A stretch of DNA of 24,000 nt, from positions 1 to 24,000 of the forward strand of contig DAIBBI010000026.1 in NCBI GenBank assembly GCA_027442615.1. The letters are read 5' to 3'. The position numbers were made by a program, and so were the translations under genes. The notes under the pieces were generated by a model. That model searched no databases and was not told where the DNA came from. It was given only the letters and a program-made list of their open reading frames with translations. Numbering within the stretch: the first letter of the stretch is position 1; each line of letters opens with the position of its first letter. The DNA is from Ferrovaceae bacterium. GTDB taxonomy: Bacteria; Pseudomonadota; Gammaproteobacteria; Burkholderiales; Ferrovaceae. Below, one piece after another: positions 8,232 through 18,061 of this stretch.

Positions 8232-9791
8232 TCAGTGGCGGAAATGGCGGATGCCGGTGAAGACCATGGCAAGGCCGTGCTCGTCGGCTGCTGCGATGAC
8301 CTCGTTGTCCTTCAGGCTGCCGCCTGGTTGAATGATGGCGCTGACGCCCGCTTCGGCGATGACGTCCAGGCCGTCGCGGAACGGAAAGAAGGCGTCTGAA
8401 GCGGCCACGCTGCCTTTCAGGGACAGACCTCCATCTTCAGCCTTGCGGCATGCGATGCGGGTGCTGTCCACCCGGCTCATCTGTCCTGCGCCGATGCCCA
8501 GGGTCCGTCCCTGGCCACAGAAGACGATGGCATTGGATTTGACGTAATGCGCCACATGAAAGGCGAGGCGCAGGTCGTTCAACTGTTGCGTCGTGGGTTG
8601 CACATGGGTGACCACGCGCAACGCCGCTTCGTCGAGGGTCAGCGTGTCGGGCGTTTGCACCAGCAAACCGCCGCCCACCCGCTTCATGTCCCAGCCGTTG
8701 TGGCCCTGGCCCAGCGGCACCTGGAGGACGCGGACGTTGCCCTTGGCCGCCAGCGCCTTGAGTGCTGCGGGCGTGAACGATGGGGCGATCAATACTTCCA
8801 CAAACTGTCCCAGCAGCGCGGCAACCACGGCATCGTCCACGGTACGGTTGAAGGCGATGATGCCGCCAAAGGCCGAAGTGGGATCGGTGGCGAAGGCGCC
8901 CTGGTAGGCCTGCAGCGGGTCGGTGCCGAGGGCCACGCCGCAGGGGTTGGCATGCTTGACGATGACGCAGGCGCAAGCGTTCAGGCCGCGCACGCAATCC
9001 CAGGCCGCATCGCTGTCGGCGATGTTGTTGTACGACAGTTCCTTGCCCTGCAGTTGCCGGTACTGCGACAACACGCCCTCACCCATGCGCAGTTCGCGGT
9101 AAAACGCCCCGGACTGGTGGGGGTTCTCGCCGTAGCGCAGCCCCTGATGCTTGGTGAAGGCAAGATGCAGGCGTTCGGGATAGCCGTCAAACCCGGCGCC
9201 TGCCTCGATGCCCGACAGGTAGTTGGCGATGGCCCCGTCGTATTCGGCGGTATGCGAGAAGGCCTTGACGGCAAGGCGAAAGCGCGTGGCGTCGGACAGG
9301 GTTCCCTTGTTCTTTTTCAACTCCGCGAGCATCGGCTTGTAGTCGGCCGGATCGGTCAGGACGGCCACATGCCGATGGTTTTTGGCCGCCGAGCGCACCA
9401 TGGCCGGGCCGCCGATGTCGATGTTTTCGATGGCGTCTTCCAGGGTGCATTCCGGGTTGGCGATGGTTTCCCGAAACGGATAGAGATTGACCACCACGAG
9501 ATCGATGGGCGAGATGCCGTGCATGGCCATGGCGTCGGTGTGGCTGCGCAGGTCGCGCCGCCCCAGGATGCCGCCATGAATCTTGGGATGCAGGGTCTTG
9601 ACCCGACCGTCGAGCATTTCCGGAAAGCCGGTGAAGTTGGCCACCTCGATGACGGGAATGCCGGCATCGCGCAGCAACAAGGCGGTGCCGCCGGTGGAGA
9701 GAATCTCGATTTTCAGGGCGTGCAGCGCACGCGCCAGTTCAACCGCCCCCTGTTTGTTTGAAACGCTGATGAGTGCTCGCTGTAGGGTCAT
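8232..9791 (-). CDS. purH: Bifunctional AICAR formyltransferase / IMP cyclohydrolase
   Basis: [11 protein letters not shown]...ILSTGGTA...[15 protein letters not shown], and a C-terminus ending RHFRH. Length is 519 aa. Confidence 0.95.
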   Translation of the reverse strand: MTLQRALISVSNKQGAVELARALHALKIEILSTGGTALLLRDAGIPVIEVANFTGFPEMLDGRVKTLHPKIHGGILGRRDLRSHTDAMAMHGISPIDLVVVNLYPFRETIANPECTLEDAIENIDIGGPAMVRSAAKNHRHVAVLTDPADYKPMLAELKKNKGTLSDATRFRLAVKAFSHTAEYDGAIANYLSGIEAGAGFDGYPERLHLAFTKHQGLRYGENPHQSGAFYRELRMGEGVLSQYRQLQGKELSYNNIADSDAAWDCVRGLNACACVIVKHANPCGVALGTDPLQAYQGAFATDPTSAFGGIIAFNRTVDDAVVAALLGQFVEVLIAPSFTPAALKALAAKGNVRVLQVPLGQGHNGWDMKRVGGGLLVQTPDTLTLDEAALRVVTHVQPTTQQLNDLRLAFHVAHYVKSNAIVFCGQGRTLGIGAGQMSRVDSTRIACRKAEDGGLSLKGSVAASDAFFPFRDGLDVIAEAGVSAIIQPGGSLKDNEVIAAADEHGLAMVFTGIRHFRH

Positions 9792-10027
9792 TTCACGCCG
9801 TAGTGCTGCATTTTTTTACGCAAGGTGTTGCGGTTGATCCCCAGGATTTCGGAAGCGCGGGTCTGGTTGCCTTCGGTGTGGTTCAGGACCACTTCAAGCA
9901 GCGGCTTTTCCACGCTGCTGATGACCATGTCATGCACCCCGCTGCATTTTTCGCCATCCAGATGACCGAAGTAATCGGTGACGAGGCGCCGCACGCAGGC
10001 AGACAGTTCGGATTCGGATTTGCTCAT
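9788..10027 (-). CDS. fis: Fis-family DNA-binding protein
   Basis: The 79-aa protein has the C-terminal [24 protein letters not shown]. It overlaps both dusB and purH by 4 nt. Confidence 0.9.
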   Translation of the reverse strand: MSKSESELSACVRRLVTDYFGHLDGEKCSGVHDMVISSVEKPLLEVVLNHTEGNQTRASEILGINRNTLRKKMQHYGVK

Positions 10028-11046
10028 GCGGCCAGCGCCTCGCTAGATGTTTCGATGTCGTATTGCAGGCGTTGGCCCTGGCTGTGCAGCAGGTTGAAGA
10101 AATCCTGCACGGCTGCGCGTTGTTCAGCCACCGATTGCAACTGGTTCATGGCGTGGCGGAAGGCCGCAGACCCCTTGAGGCCGCGGGTGTACCAGCTGAT
10201 GTGCTTGCGTGCCACCCGTACCCCCGTTTCCAGGCCATAGAACGTGTAGAGGTCTTCCAGATGGTGATTGAGTACCGTGTGGATTTCGCCAACTTCAGGA
10301 GCGGGCAGCAGGGTGCCGTGGGTGAGGTAATGTTCGATTTCCCGAAAAATCCAGGGACGTCCCTGGGCCGCGCGCCCGATCATGAGGCCGTCGGCACCGG
10401 TGACCTCCAGCACGTGGCGCGCCTTTTGCGGCGAAGTGATGTCGCCGTTGGCCACCACGGGAATGCGCACCGCGGCCTTGACTGCGGCAATCGTCTCGTA
10501 TTCGGCATCGCCCGTATAGCCGCAGGCGCGGGTTCTGCCATGAATGGCCAGAGACTGGATGCCGGCGTTTTCGGCGATATGCGCCACGTTCAGGGCATTG
10601 CGGTGCGAGCGGTCCCAGCCGGTACGGATCTTGAGCGTGACGGGTACGGGAACTGCTGCCACCACGGCTTCCACGATGCGCTGCACCAGCGCTTCGTTCT
10701 GCAGCAGGGCGGATCCCGCCATGACGTTGCACACCTTCTTGGCGGGGCAACCCATGTTGATGTCGATGATCTGCGCCCCCTGGTCCACGTTGTAGCGGGC
10801 GGCCTCGGCCATCATGGCGGGATCGGCACCGGCGATCTGCACGGATTTGGGTTCCACTTCACCGTCGTGGTTGGCGCGCCGGCGCGTTTTTTCAGAACCC
10901 CACAACAGGGAATTTGAAGAGACCATCTCGGAGACGGCCATGCCGGCCCCCATGACCTTGCACAGCTGGCGGAAGGGCCGGTCGGTAACGCCCGCCATGG
11001 GGGCCACCATCAGGTTGTTTTTGAGGCGGTACGGACCAATCTGCAT
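10024..11046 (-). CDS. dusB: tRNA-dihydrouridine synthase B
   Basis: MAPMAGVTDRPFRQLC, INMGCPAKKV, and the conserved dusB-fis arrangement. Confidence 0.95.
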   Translation of the reverse strand: MQIGPYRLKNNLMVAPMAGVTDRPFRQLCKVMGAGMAVSEMVSSNSLLWGSEKTRRRANHDGEVEPKSVQIAGADPAMMAEAARYNVDQGAQIIDINMGCPAKKVCNVMAGSALLQNEALVQRIVEAVVAAVPVPVTLKIRTGWDRSHRNALNVAHIAENAGIQSLAIHGRTRACGYTGDAEYETIAAVKAAVRIPVVANGDITSPQKARHVLEVTGADGLMIGRAAQGRPWIFREIEHYLTHGTLLPAPEVGEIHTVLNHHLEDLYTFYGLETGVRVARKHISWYTRGLKGSAAFRHAMNQLQSVAEQRAAVQDFFNLLHSQGQRLQYDIETSSEALAA

Positions 11047-11079
11047 GGTGCAAACCGAAGGCAGGAACGATAAGGGGGG

Positions 11080-11089
11080 GATTATACCG
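11080..11089 (-). promoter_or_regulatory. Candidate -10 element (CGGTATAATC on the minus strand) upstream of dusB
   Basis: A perfect TATAAT (reverse complement of attata at 11081-11086) lies 35 nt upstream of the dusB ATG. The -35 is weak (TTTCGG/TTCGGC). The same 10-mer recurs upstream of lgt. Confidence 0.3.
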
Positions 11090-11112
11090 CCGAATGGGGG
11101 GGCGCCGAAACC

Positions 11113-13848
11113 CTAGTGCGCGGCATCCCAGTGCGGGCCAACGCCCACTTCCACCAGCAGCGGCACCGCCAGTTGGGCCACCCCTTCCATCAAGACCGGC
11201 AGGGTTTGCAGCACGGCGGCGCGTTCGTCCTCCGGTACCTCCAGCACCAGTTCGTCGTGCACCTGCAGAATCAGCAGCGATGCCATTTGCATCCGGTCCA
11301 GCCAGTCCTGCACCGCAATCATGGCCCGTTTGACGAGGTCGGCGGCGGTGCCCTGCAGCGGCGCATTGATGGCCGCCCGTTCCGCACCCTGTCGGCGACC
11401 GGCGGCACCATGACGCAGTTCGGGCAGCCACAGGCGGCGGCCCAACAGGGTTTCCACATAACCCTGCCGGTGTGCCGTTTCGCGGGTGCGCTCCATGTAG
11501 GCGGCCACCCCGGGGTAGCGATGGAAATAGCGCTCCATGTAGGCCTGCGCGGCGGCGCGCTCGATGCCCAGTTGGGAAGCCAGGCCAAAGGCCGACATGC
11601 CGTAGATCAGGCCAAAGTTGATGGTCTTGGCCGCACGCCGCTGGTCGGCGCTTACGTCCTGGGGACGGACCCCGAAAATTTCCGCCGCGGTGGCCCGATG
11701 GACGTCCTGTCCTGCACCAAACGCTGCCAGCAGGCCCGCATCCTGGGAGAGATGGGCCATGATGCGCAGCTCGATCTGGGAGTAGTCGGCCGAGATCAGC
11801 ACGCGACCGGGCGGAGCGATGAAGGCGGCACGGATGCGCCGGCCCTCGGGCGTGCGCACGGGAATGTTCTGCAGGTTGGGGTCGCTGCTGGAAAGGCGTC
11901 CGGTGACGGCCACGGCCTGGGCGTAATGGGTGTGGACCCGGCCGGTGCGCGCATTGACCCGGCGCGGCAGGGCGTCGGTGTAGGTGGACTTGAGCTTGGC
12001 GAGGCTGCGGTACTCCAGGATCAGCTTGGGAATGGGGTAATCCAGCGCCAGCTGCTGCATCACGTCCTCGTCGGTGGAAGGCACGCCGCCGGGTGTTTTC
12101 TTGCGCACCGGCAGGCCCTGTTCGTCAAACAGCACGGCCTGGATCTGCTTGGGCGAATTGAGGTTGAAGGGATGGCCGGCCGCCGCGTGGGCGCGCGCCT
12201 CCAGCGCCAGCAACTGGGTGCCCAGTTCGCCACTCTGGCGTTCCAGCTCGCGCGCGTCCAACAAAACGCCATTGCGTTCCATGCGCCACAACACCTGCTG
12301 CAGCGGCAGTTCGAGATCGCGGTAGAGGGAGGTCAGGGCGTTGCTTGCGGCAATTTGCGGATAGAGCGCCTGGTGCACCTGGAGCGTGATGTCGGCATCC
12401 TCGGCGGCATACTCGGTGGCCCGGTCCAGCGCCACCTGTTCAAACCCGATGGCATGAACGCCCTTGCCGGTAACGGTTTCATAGGACAGCGTGTCGCGCA
12501 GCAAATGGCGACGCGCCAGGCTTTCCAGGTTATGCGGTTGATGCGCCTCCAGCACATAGGACTGCAGCAGCGTGTCATGCACGATGCCGCGCAGCGCGAT
12601 ACCTTCGTTGGCCAGCACATGCTGGTCGTATTTGAGGTGCTGGCCCACCTTGGGCGCTGCGGGATTTTCCAGCCAGGCCTTGAGGCGGGCCAGGGTTTGC
12701 GCAAAGTCGAGCTGTGCCCCGCTGTCGGGGCCGCGATGCCCCAGGGGAATATAGGCCGCCTCGCCCGCCGTGACGCAAAGCGACAGACCCACCAGGCGCG
12801 CTTCGAGCGGATCGAGCGAGGTGGTTTCCGTGTCGAGCGCCGTCAGTTCGGCGGATTCGATTCGGGCAAGCCACGCGTCCAGCTGTGCCGTGGTCAGTAC
12901 GGTCTCGTAGCAGGTGTCGGGTGGCGGGGCAACGGGGCCGAGGTCTGTCCCCAAGGGGGGGGGCAGGGGGGCGGATGCGGTTGCCGGCGCATCGGCCTTC
13001 GGTGCCATCCAGCTGCGCAGGTCGTAGCGTTCGGCCAGGGTTTTCAGGGTGTCCTGGTCCACGGGGGTAACGAGCAGTTGTTCGGGACCTTGCGGCAGCG
13101 GTACGTCGCAACGAATGGTCAGCAGGCGTCGTGCCTGGGGCAACCAGTCGCGCACTGCGCGCAGGTTGTTGCCCACCACGCCAGGAACCTCGTCTGCATG
13201 CGCGAGGAGCGCATCGAGCGAGCTGTATTGCTGCAGCCATTTGACGGCGGTCTTGGGGCCGACTTTGGCGACACCGGGCACGTTGTCCACGGCATCGCCG
13301 ATCAGCGTCAGATAATCGATGAACTGCTCGGGGCGAATGCCGTATTTTTCGGTGGCCGATGCGGCATCCAGGCGCTCGTTGCTGAGGGTATTGACCAGGC
13401 TGACCTCGGCATCGAGCAGCTGCACCATGTCCTTGTCGCCGGTGGAAATGACCGTTCGGATGTCGGCCTGATGGGCCTGGCGTGCCAGCGTGCCAATGAC
13501 GTCGTCTGCTTCGACGCCGTCCACGATGAGCAGTGGCCAGCCCAGGGCGCGCACGGCCTGTTGCAGGGGCTCCACCTGGACCACCAGATCAGGGGGCATG
13601 GGCGAGCGGTGGGCCTTGTAGTCCGGGTACCACGCGTCGCGAAAGGTGGGGCCCTTGGCATCGAATACGCAGGCTGCGTAATCCGGCTTATAATCCGCCA
13701 TCAACCTGCGCAGCATGTTGAGCACCCCGAAAATGGCGCCGGTGGGTTCTCCCAGGCGGTTGCGCAGGTCGGGCAGGGCGTGGAAGGCGCGATACAGGTA
13801 GGACGAACCGTCCACCAGCAGCAGCAATTTTTGCGAACGATCAGTCAT
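11113..13848 (-). CDS. polA: DNA polymerase I
   Basis: The start is taken at MTDRSQKLLLLVDGSSYLYRAF, the 5'-nuclease N-terminus. Pol motifs: DYSQIELRIMAHLS, RRAAKTINFGLIYGMS, QVHDELVLEV. Confidence 0.95.
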   Translation of the reverse strand: MTDRSQKLLLLVDGSSYLYRAFHALPDLRNRLGEPTGAIFGVLNMLRRLMADYKPDYAACVFDAKGPTFRDAWYPDYKAHRSPMPPDLVVQVEPLQQAVRALGWPLLIVDGVEADDVIGTLARQAHQADIRTVISTGDKDMVQLLDAEVSLVNTLSNERLDAASATEKYGIRPEQFIDYLTLIGDAVDNVPGVAKVGPKTAVKWLQQYSSLDALLAHADEVPGVVGNNLRAVRDWLPQARRLLTIRCDVPLPQGPEQLLVTPVDQDTLKTLAERYDLRSWMAPKADAPATASAPLPPPLGTDLGPVAPPPDTCYETVLTTAQLDAWLARIESAELTALDTETTSLDPLEARLVGLSLCVTAGEAAYIPLGHRGPDSGAQLDFAQTLARLKAWLENPAAPKVGQHLKYDQHVLANEGIALRGIVHDTLLQSYVLEAHQPHNLESLARRHLLRDTLSYETVTGKGVHAIGFEQVALDRATEYAAEDADITLQVHQALYPQIAASNALTSLYRDLELPLQQVLWRMERNGVLLDARELERQSGELGTQLLALEARAHAAAGHPFNLNSPKQIQAVLFDEQGLPVRKKTPGGVPSTDEDVMQQLALDYPIPKLILEYRSLAKLKSTYTDALPRRVNARTGRVHTHYAQAVAVTGRLSSSDPNLQNIPVRTPEGRRIRAAFIAPPGRVLISADYSQIELRIMAHLSQDAGLLAAFGAGQDVHRATAAEIFGVRPQDVSADQRRAAKTINFGLIYGMSAFGLASQLGIERAAAQAYMERYFHRYPGVAAYMERTRETAHRQGYVETLLGRRLWLPELRHGAAGRRQGAERAAINAPLQGTAADLVKRAMIAVQDWLDRMQMASLLILQVHDELVLEVPEDERAAVLQTLPVLMEGVAQLAVPLLVEVGVGPHWDAAH

Positions 13849-13890
13849 GCGCGCAATTATGGCAGAACTTGAGGAAACCACCGAAACATC

Positions 13891-14346
13891 ATGAGTACCA
13901 CGCTAACGCTCAACGGCAAGACGCTTGCGCTCAAGGCCGACCCGGACACACCGCTGCTGTGGGTGATTCGCGACGAAGTGGGATTGAGTGGCACCAAGTT
14001 TTCCTGTGGCGCCGGCCTGTGTGGCGCCTGTACCGTGCATCTGGATGGCGAGCCGGTGCGCTCCTGCATCACGCCGCTGGCGAGTGCTGCGGGAAAAAAA
14101 GTCACCACCATCGAGGGGTTGTCCCCGAACGGCGAGCATCCGGTCCAGAAGGCCTGGGTGGCCCTGGAAGTGGCCCAGTGCGGTTACTGTCAATCCGGAC
14201 AGATCATGAGTGCGGCCGCCTTGCTGGCGCATAACCCGCATCCCTCCGACGCTGACATCGACGCGGCGATGAGCGGCAATCTGTGCCGCTGCGGCACCTA
14301 CAACCGCATCCGCGCGGCCATTCACCGCGCTGCTCAAAAAGCCTGA
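13891..14346 (+). CDS. (2Fe-2S)-binding small subunit of a molybdopterin hydroxylase (IorA / aldehyde oxidoreductase small-subunit type)
   Basis: [21 protein letters not shown] and CRCGTY motifs. Length is 151 aa. Confidence 0.85.
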   Translation: MSTTLTLNGKTLALKADPDTPLLWVIRDEVGLSGTKFSCGAGLCGACTVHLDGEPVRSCITPLASAAGKKVTTIEGLSPNGEHPVQKAWVALEVAQCGYCQSGQIMSAAALLAHNPHPSDADIDAAMSGNLCRCGTYNRIRAAIHRAAQKA

Positions 14347-14358
14347 GTCAGGGTCTTC

Positions 14359-15255
14359 ATGAACACCTCCGAAATCAAAACCTATCTGCTCGACCTGCAA
14401 AACCGCATCGTCACCGCACTCGAAACCCTGGACGGCAAGACCTTCCGCCGCGACACCTGGGAGCGCCCTGGCGGTGGAGGGGGCATTAGCGCCCTGGTGG
14501 AAGAGGGAAATCTCTTCGAACGCGGCGGGGTCAACTTTTCCCACGTGATGGGCAGCGGCCTGCCTCCTTCGGCCACGGCGCATCGCCCCGAGCTTGCGGG
14601 GCGCAACTACGAGGCGCTGGGCGTGTCGCTGGTGCTTCATCCGCGCAATCCCTATGCGCCCACGGTGCACATGAACGTGCGATTCTTTGCGGCCTTTGAC
14701 GAAGGCAGGGAACCCATCTGGTGGTTTGGCGGCGGCATGGACCTTACGCCCTACTACGGCTTCGTGGAGGATGCGCAACACTTTCATCGCACCTGCAAGC
14801 ATGCACTCGATCCCTTCGGTGCGGAGTACCATCCGCGTTTCAAGAAATGGTGCGATGAGTACTTCTTCCTCAAACATCGCCAGGAGCCGCGCGGCGTGGG
14901 CGGCATCTTCTTTGACGATTTCAACACCTTGCCTCTGGCGCAGGCGCAAGCCCTGTGGCAGAGCGTGGGCGACCATTTCCTGCCGGCCTACATGCCGTTG
15001 ATGGAGCGTCGGCGCAGCATGCCCTACGGCGAGCGTGAACGGGATTTTCAGGCCTACCGGCGCGGTCGCTATGTGGAGTTCAACCTGGTGTACGACCGGG
15101 GGACCCTGTTCGGGCTGCAATCCGGTGGACGCACCGAATCCATCCTGATGTCCCTGCCGCCCATCGTGCGTTGGCGTTACGACTGGCATCCCGAACCCGG
15201 CAGTCGGGAAGACGGCCTGCTCAAGGAGTTCATCAACGGCCGCGACTGGGTGTAA
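14359..15255 (+). CDS. hemF: Oxygen-dependent coproporphyrinogen III oxidase
   Basis: [51 protein letters not shown]. Confidence 0.95.
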   Translation: MNTSEIKTYLLDLQNRIVTALETLDGKTFRRDTWERPGGGGGISALVEEGNLFERGGVNFSHVMGSGLPPSATAHRPELAGRNYEALGVSLVLHPRNPYAPTVHMNVRFFAAFDEGREPIWWFGGGMDLTPYYGFVEDAQHFHRTCKHALDPFGAEYHPRFKKWCDEYFFLKHRQEPRGVGGIFFDDFNTLPLAQAQALWQSVGDHFLPAYMPLMERRRSMPYGERERDFQAYRRGRYVEFNLVYDRGTLFGLQSGGRTESILMSLPPIVRWRYDWHPEPGSREDGLLKEFINGRDWV

Positions 15256-16178
15256 TGGACATTTTCCTGCAGCAGCTCGTCAACGGTCTCACCCTGGGAA
15301 GCATCTATGCCCTGGTGGCCCTGGGGTACACCATGGTGTACGGCATCATGGAACTCATCAATTTTGCCCACGGCGAAGTGGTGATGGTGGGAGCGCTGGT
15401 GGCACTCACGGTGATCCAGGGGTTGAGCGGTTTGGGCTGGCCGGTGCCGCTTGCCGTGCTGGCAGGCATACTGGCGGCCATGGTCCTCTGCATGACGCTG
15501 GGGTTCGTGATCGAGCGCGTGGCTTATCGCCCCTTGCGCCGCGCGCCCAAACTGGCACCGCTGATTACCGCCATCGGGTTGTCCATCGTGTTGCAACAGC
15601 TCGCCGCATTGATCTGGGGGCGCGGCTATCTTTCCTTTCCCCCCGTGCTACCGTCCGCCAGCATCGTCTGGGGCGGGGTCATCATCACGGCCATCCAGGG
15701 CGTCATCATCGTGCTGGCGGGGCTCATCATGGCGGGCCTGCTGGTTCTTGTGCAGAAGACGGCGCTGGGCCGCGCCATGCGGGCCACGGCGCAGAACCCG
15801 GCCGTGGCACAGCTGATGGGGGTGAATACCGATCGCGTCATCGCGCTCACCTTCGTGCTGGGTTCGGCGCTTGCAGCGGTGGCGGGCGTGATGGTGGTGT
15901 CCTATTACAACGTGGGCCACTACACCATGGGGTTCATGCTGGGGCTCAAGGCCTTCACCGCGGCAGTGCTGGGTGGCATCGGCAACCTTCCCGGGGCCAT
16001 GCTGGGTGGGCTGTTGCTAGGGGTGGTGGAAGCGCTGGGCGCAGGCTACATCGGGGATCTGACGGGGGGCTTTTTCGGCAGCAACTACAAGGATGTGTTT
16101 GCCTTCATGGTGCTGATCGGCGTGCTGGTGTTCCACCCCAACGGACTTCTGGGCAGTCGCGCCCAGGAGAAGGTGTGA
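15255..16178 (+). CDS. livH: Branched-chain amino acid ABC transporter permease
   Basis: The start at [30 protein letters not shown] (ATG at 15255) overlaps the hemF TAA by 1 nt. The LivH family pattern holds throughout. Confidence 0.9.
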   Translation: MDIFLQQLVNGLTLGSIYALVALGYTMVYGIMELINFAHGEVVMVGALVALTVIQGLSGLGWPVPLAVLAGILAAMVLCMTLGFVIERVAYRPLRRAPKLAPLITAIGLSIVLQQLAALIWGRGYLSFPPVLPSASIVWGGVIITAIQGVIIVLAGLIMAGLLVLVQKTALGRAMRATAQNPAVAQLMGVNTDRVIALTFVLGSALAAVAGVMVVSYYNVGHYTMGFMLGLKAFTAAVLGGIGNLPGAMLGGLLLGVVEALGAGYIGDLTGGFFGSNYKDVFAFMVLIGVLVFHPNGLLGSRAQEKV

Positions 16179-17218
16179 TGGGGCGTTCGCGCTCGCTGGG
16201 GCTTGCTGTCGTGGCCATTATGCTGCTGGCGCTGCCCTTCGTCACCGACGCGGCCCTGGGGCACAGTTGGGTGCGCATTCTCGATTTTGCGCTGCTCTAC
16301 GTGCTGCTGGCCCTGGGACTCAACATTGTGGTCGGCTATGCCGGCTTGCTGGATCTGGGCTATGTGGCGTTTTTTGCGGTGGGCGCGTATTGCTATGGCC
16401 TGCTGGCCTCGCCGCACTTCGACCTGCATTGGCCCCTGTGGGTGCTGCTGCCCATGGGCGCCATGCTCGCTGCAAGCTTTGGCGTGTTGCTGGGAACGCC
16501 CACGCTGGGGCTGCGCGGCGATTACCTCGCCATCGTCACACTGGGTTTTGGCGAGATCATTCGCATTTTTCTCAACAACCTCAATACTCCGGTCAACATC
16601 ACCAATGGTCCACAGGGGGTGAGCCTGATTGACCCCCTGCGCATCGGTCCCTGGTCCCTGGGGCAGGTCCACCATCTTGGCGGATTCGACGTTCCCGTGG
16701 TGGTGAACGTTTATTTTCTATTTCTGCTGGGCGTGCTCCTTGCCGTCGTGCTGTCGCGTCGCCTTGAACGTTCGCGCATCGGTCGGGCCTGGGCCGCAAT
16801 TCGCGAGGATGAGATCGCTGCGGCCAGCATGGGGCTGCACACGCGCAACCTCAAACTGCTGGCTTTTGCCATGGGGGCGAGTTTCGGCGGATTGTCCGGT
16901 GGACTCTTTGCGGGCTTTCAGGGCTTTGTCAGTCCAGAAAGCTTTACCCTGCAGGAATCCGTGATGATCCTGTGCATGGTGGTGCTGGGCGGGATGGGCA
17001 ACATCGCGGGCGTGGTGCTGGGTGCCATTCTCCTGTCCGTGTTGCCCGAAGCCTTGCGCGCTGCGGGAAGCCTGCAGCAAGACCTGTTGGGGCATGTTTG
17101 GGTGGATCCCTCCAACCTGCGCATGCTGCTTTTCGGCCTGGCGCTGGTGCTGATGATGCTGCTTCGCCCGGAAGGACTGCTGCCGGCGCGGGCGCGACAG
17201 CGTGAGCTGCATGGTTAG
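16178..17218 (+). CDS. livM: Branched-chain amino acid ABC transporter permease
   Basis: ATG at 16178 (TGATG junction) follows AGGAGAAGG; GTG at 16175 is an alternative start. The sequence shows the LivM-type polytopic pattern (LNIVVGYAGLLDLGYVAFFAVGAY). Confidence 0.9.
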   Translation: MGRSRSLGLAVVAIMLLALPFVTDAALGHSWVRILDFALLYVLLALGLNIVVGYAGLLDLGYVAFFAVGAYCYGLLASPHFDLHWPLWVLLPMGAMLAASFGVLLGTPTLGLRGDYLAIVTLGFGEIIRIFLNNLNTPVNITNGPQGVSLIDPLRIGPWSLGQVHHLGGFDVPVVVNVYFLFLLGVLLAVVLSRRLERSRIGRAWAAIREDEIAAASMGLHTRNLKLLAFAMGASFGGLSGGLFAGFQGFVSPESFTLQESVMILCMVVLGGMGNIAGVVLGAILLSVLPEALRAAGSLQQDLLGHVWVDPSNLRMLLFGLALVLMMLLRPEGLLPARARQRELHG

Positions 17219-17228
17219 CCGGCGCCAT

Positions 17229-17301
17229 GGGGGACAGACCTCCGTCATAGGGGACAGACCCCGAACCGGGGTCTGTCCCCTATGACGGAGGTCTGTCCCC
17301 C
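17229..17301. repeat. Palindromic element A: 35-bp arms and a 3-nt loop, with 4 copies of the GGGGACAGACC unit
   Basis: GGGGGACAGACCTCCGTCATAGGGGACAGACCCCG-AAC-CGGGGTCTGTCCCCTATGACGGAGGTCTGTCCCCC. I checked the arms by hand and 35/35 are complementary. Confidence 0.95.
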
Positions 17302-18061
17302 ATTGCTGGAGGCTGCAGGCATCGGCAAGCGCTTCGGCGGGCTGCGCGCTTTGAGCGGGGTGTCGCTACGCCTTGCCCCCGGCTCCATCACCGGATTGAT
17401 AGGCCCCAACGGGGCTGGCAAGACCACCTTTTTCAATGTGCTGACCGGAATCTACAGTCCTGATGAGGGCACGTTGCAATTTGACGGGCAGGCGCTGCCG
17501 GCAGGGCGGCCGCACGCCGTCGCGGCACGCGGCATTGCGCGCACGTTTCAGAACATTCGCCTGTTTGCCAACATGAGCGTCGTGGAAAACGTCATGGTGG
17601 GGCGGCATGTGCGCACCCACTCCGGCGTGTTGGGTGCCCTGCTGCATACGGCCGCGATGCGTCGCGAGGAAGCGGCCATTGCCGCGCGGGCCCGTGAACT
17701 GCTGGACTATGTGGGCATTGGTGCGCAGGCCGGCCGCATTGCCAGCACCCTGTCCTATGGCGATCAGCGACGCCTGGAGATTGCCCGGGCACTGGCCACG
17801 GACCCGCGCCTGCTGGCGCTGGACGAGCCTGCGGCTGGCATGAATGCCAGCGAGCGCGCACGGCTGGGCGACCTCATCCGGCGGATTCGTGCGGATGGCA
17901 CGGCGGTGCTGTTGATCGAGCACGACGTCAAATGGGTCATGCAGCTGTGCGACCGGGTTTCGGTACTGGATTACGGTGAATGCATAGCTGAAGGTACGCC
18001 GCAAGAAGTGCAGCGCAACCCCAAGGTGGTTGAAGCTTACCTCGGCATGGGGGCCACGTGA
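17282..18061 (+). CDS. livG: Branched-chain amino acid ABC transporter ATP-binding protein
   Basis: Walker A GPNGAGKTT, signature LSYGDQRRLEIARAL, Walker B LLALDEPAAG. The start is uncertain. ATG 17282 lies inside the right arm of palindrome A. An in-frame TTG at 17303 has GGAGGT 11 nt upstream. Confidence 0.88.
   Translation: MTEVCPPLLEAAGIGKRFGGLRALSGVSLRLAPGSITGLIGPNGAGKTTFFNVLTGIYSPDEGTLQFDGQALPAGRPHAVAARGIARTFQNIRLFANMSVVENVMVGRHVRTHSGVLGALLHTAAMRREEAAIAARARELLDYVGIGAQAGRIASTLSYGDQRRLEIARALATDPRLLALDEPAAGMNASERARLGDLIRRIRADGTAVLLIEHDVKWVMQLCDRVSVLDYGECIAEGTPQEVQRNPKVVEAYLGMGAT

Noticed and set aside
7121-10917. Long plus-strand ORFs 7121..8260, 8547..9761 and 10063..10917
   Set aside because: They are antisense to purD, purH and dusB respectively, and their composition-driven sequences have no family resemblance. 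The same applies to 21988..23019 on the minus strand, antisense to ilvD.
11074-11101. Two G7 runs (11074-11080 and 11095-11101) flanking the dusB -10 box
   Set aside because: They are direct rather than complementary repeats, so no hairpin forms. There are too few G-tracts for a G-quadruplex. This is probably compositional.
11116-13872. A 918-aa plus-strand ORF spanning the whole polA locus
   Set aside because: It is exactly antisense to a full-length DNA polymerase I that has all pol motifs. Its protein is low-complexity (rich in G, A, R, Q, H) with no recognisable motifs. This is the typical stop-codon-poor antisense frame of a high-GC gene.
13903-15189. A 428-aa minus-strand ORF
   Set aside because: It is antisense across two separate, well-supported genes (the 2Fe-2S subunit and hemF) and the gap between them. 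It has no motifs and is a high-GC artefact.
16718-17248. A minus-strand ORF starting MTEVCPP, identical to the first 7 residues of livG
   Set aside because: The shared N-terminus is a mirror artefact of palindrome A, which presents the same ATG-containing arm on both strands. The rest of the ORF is antisense to livM.
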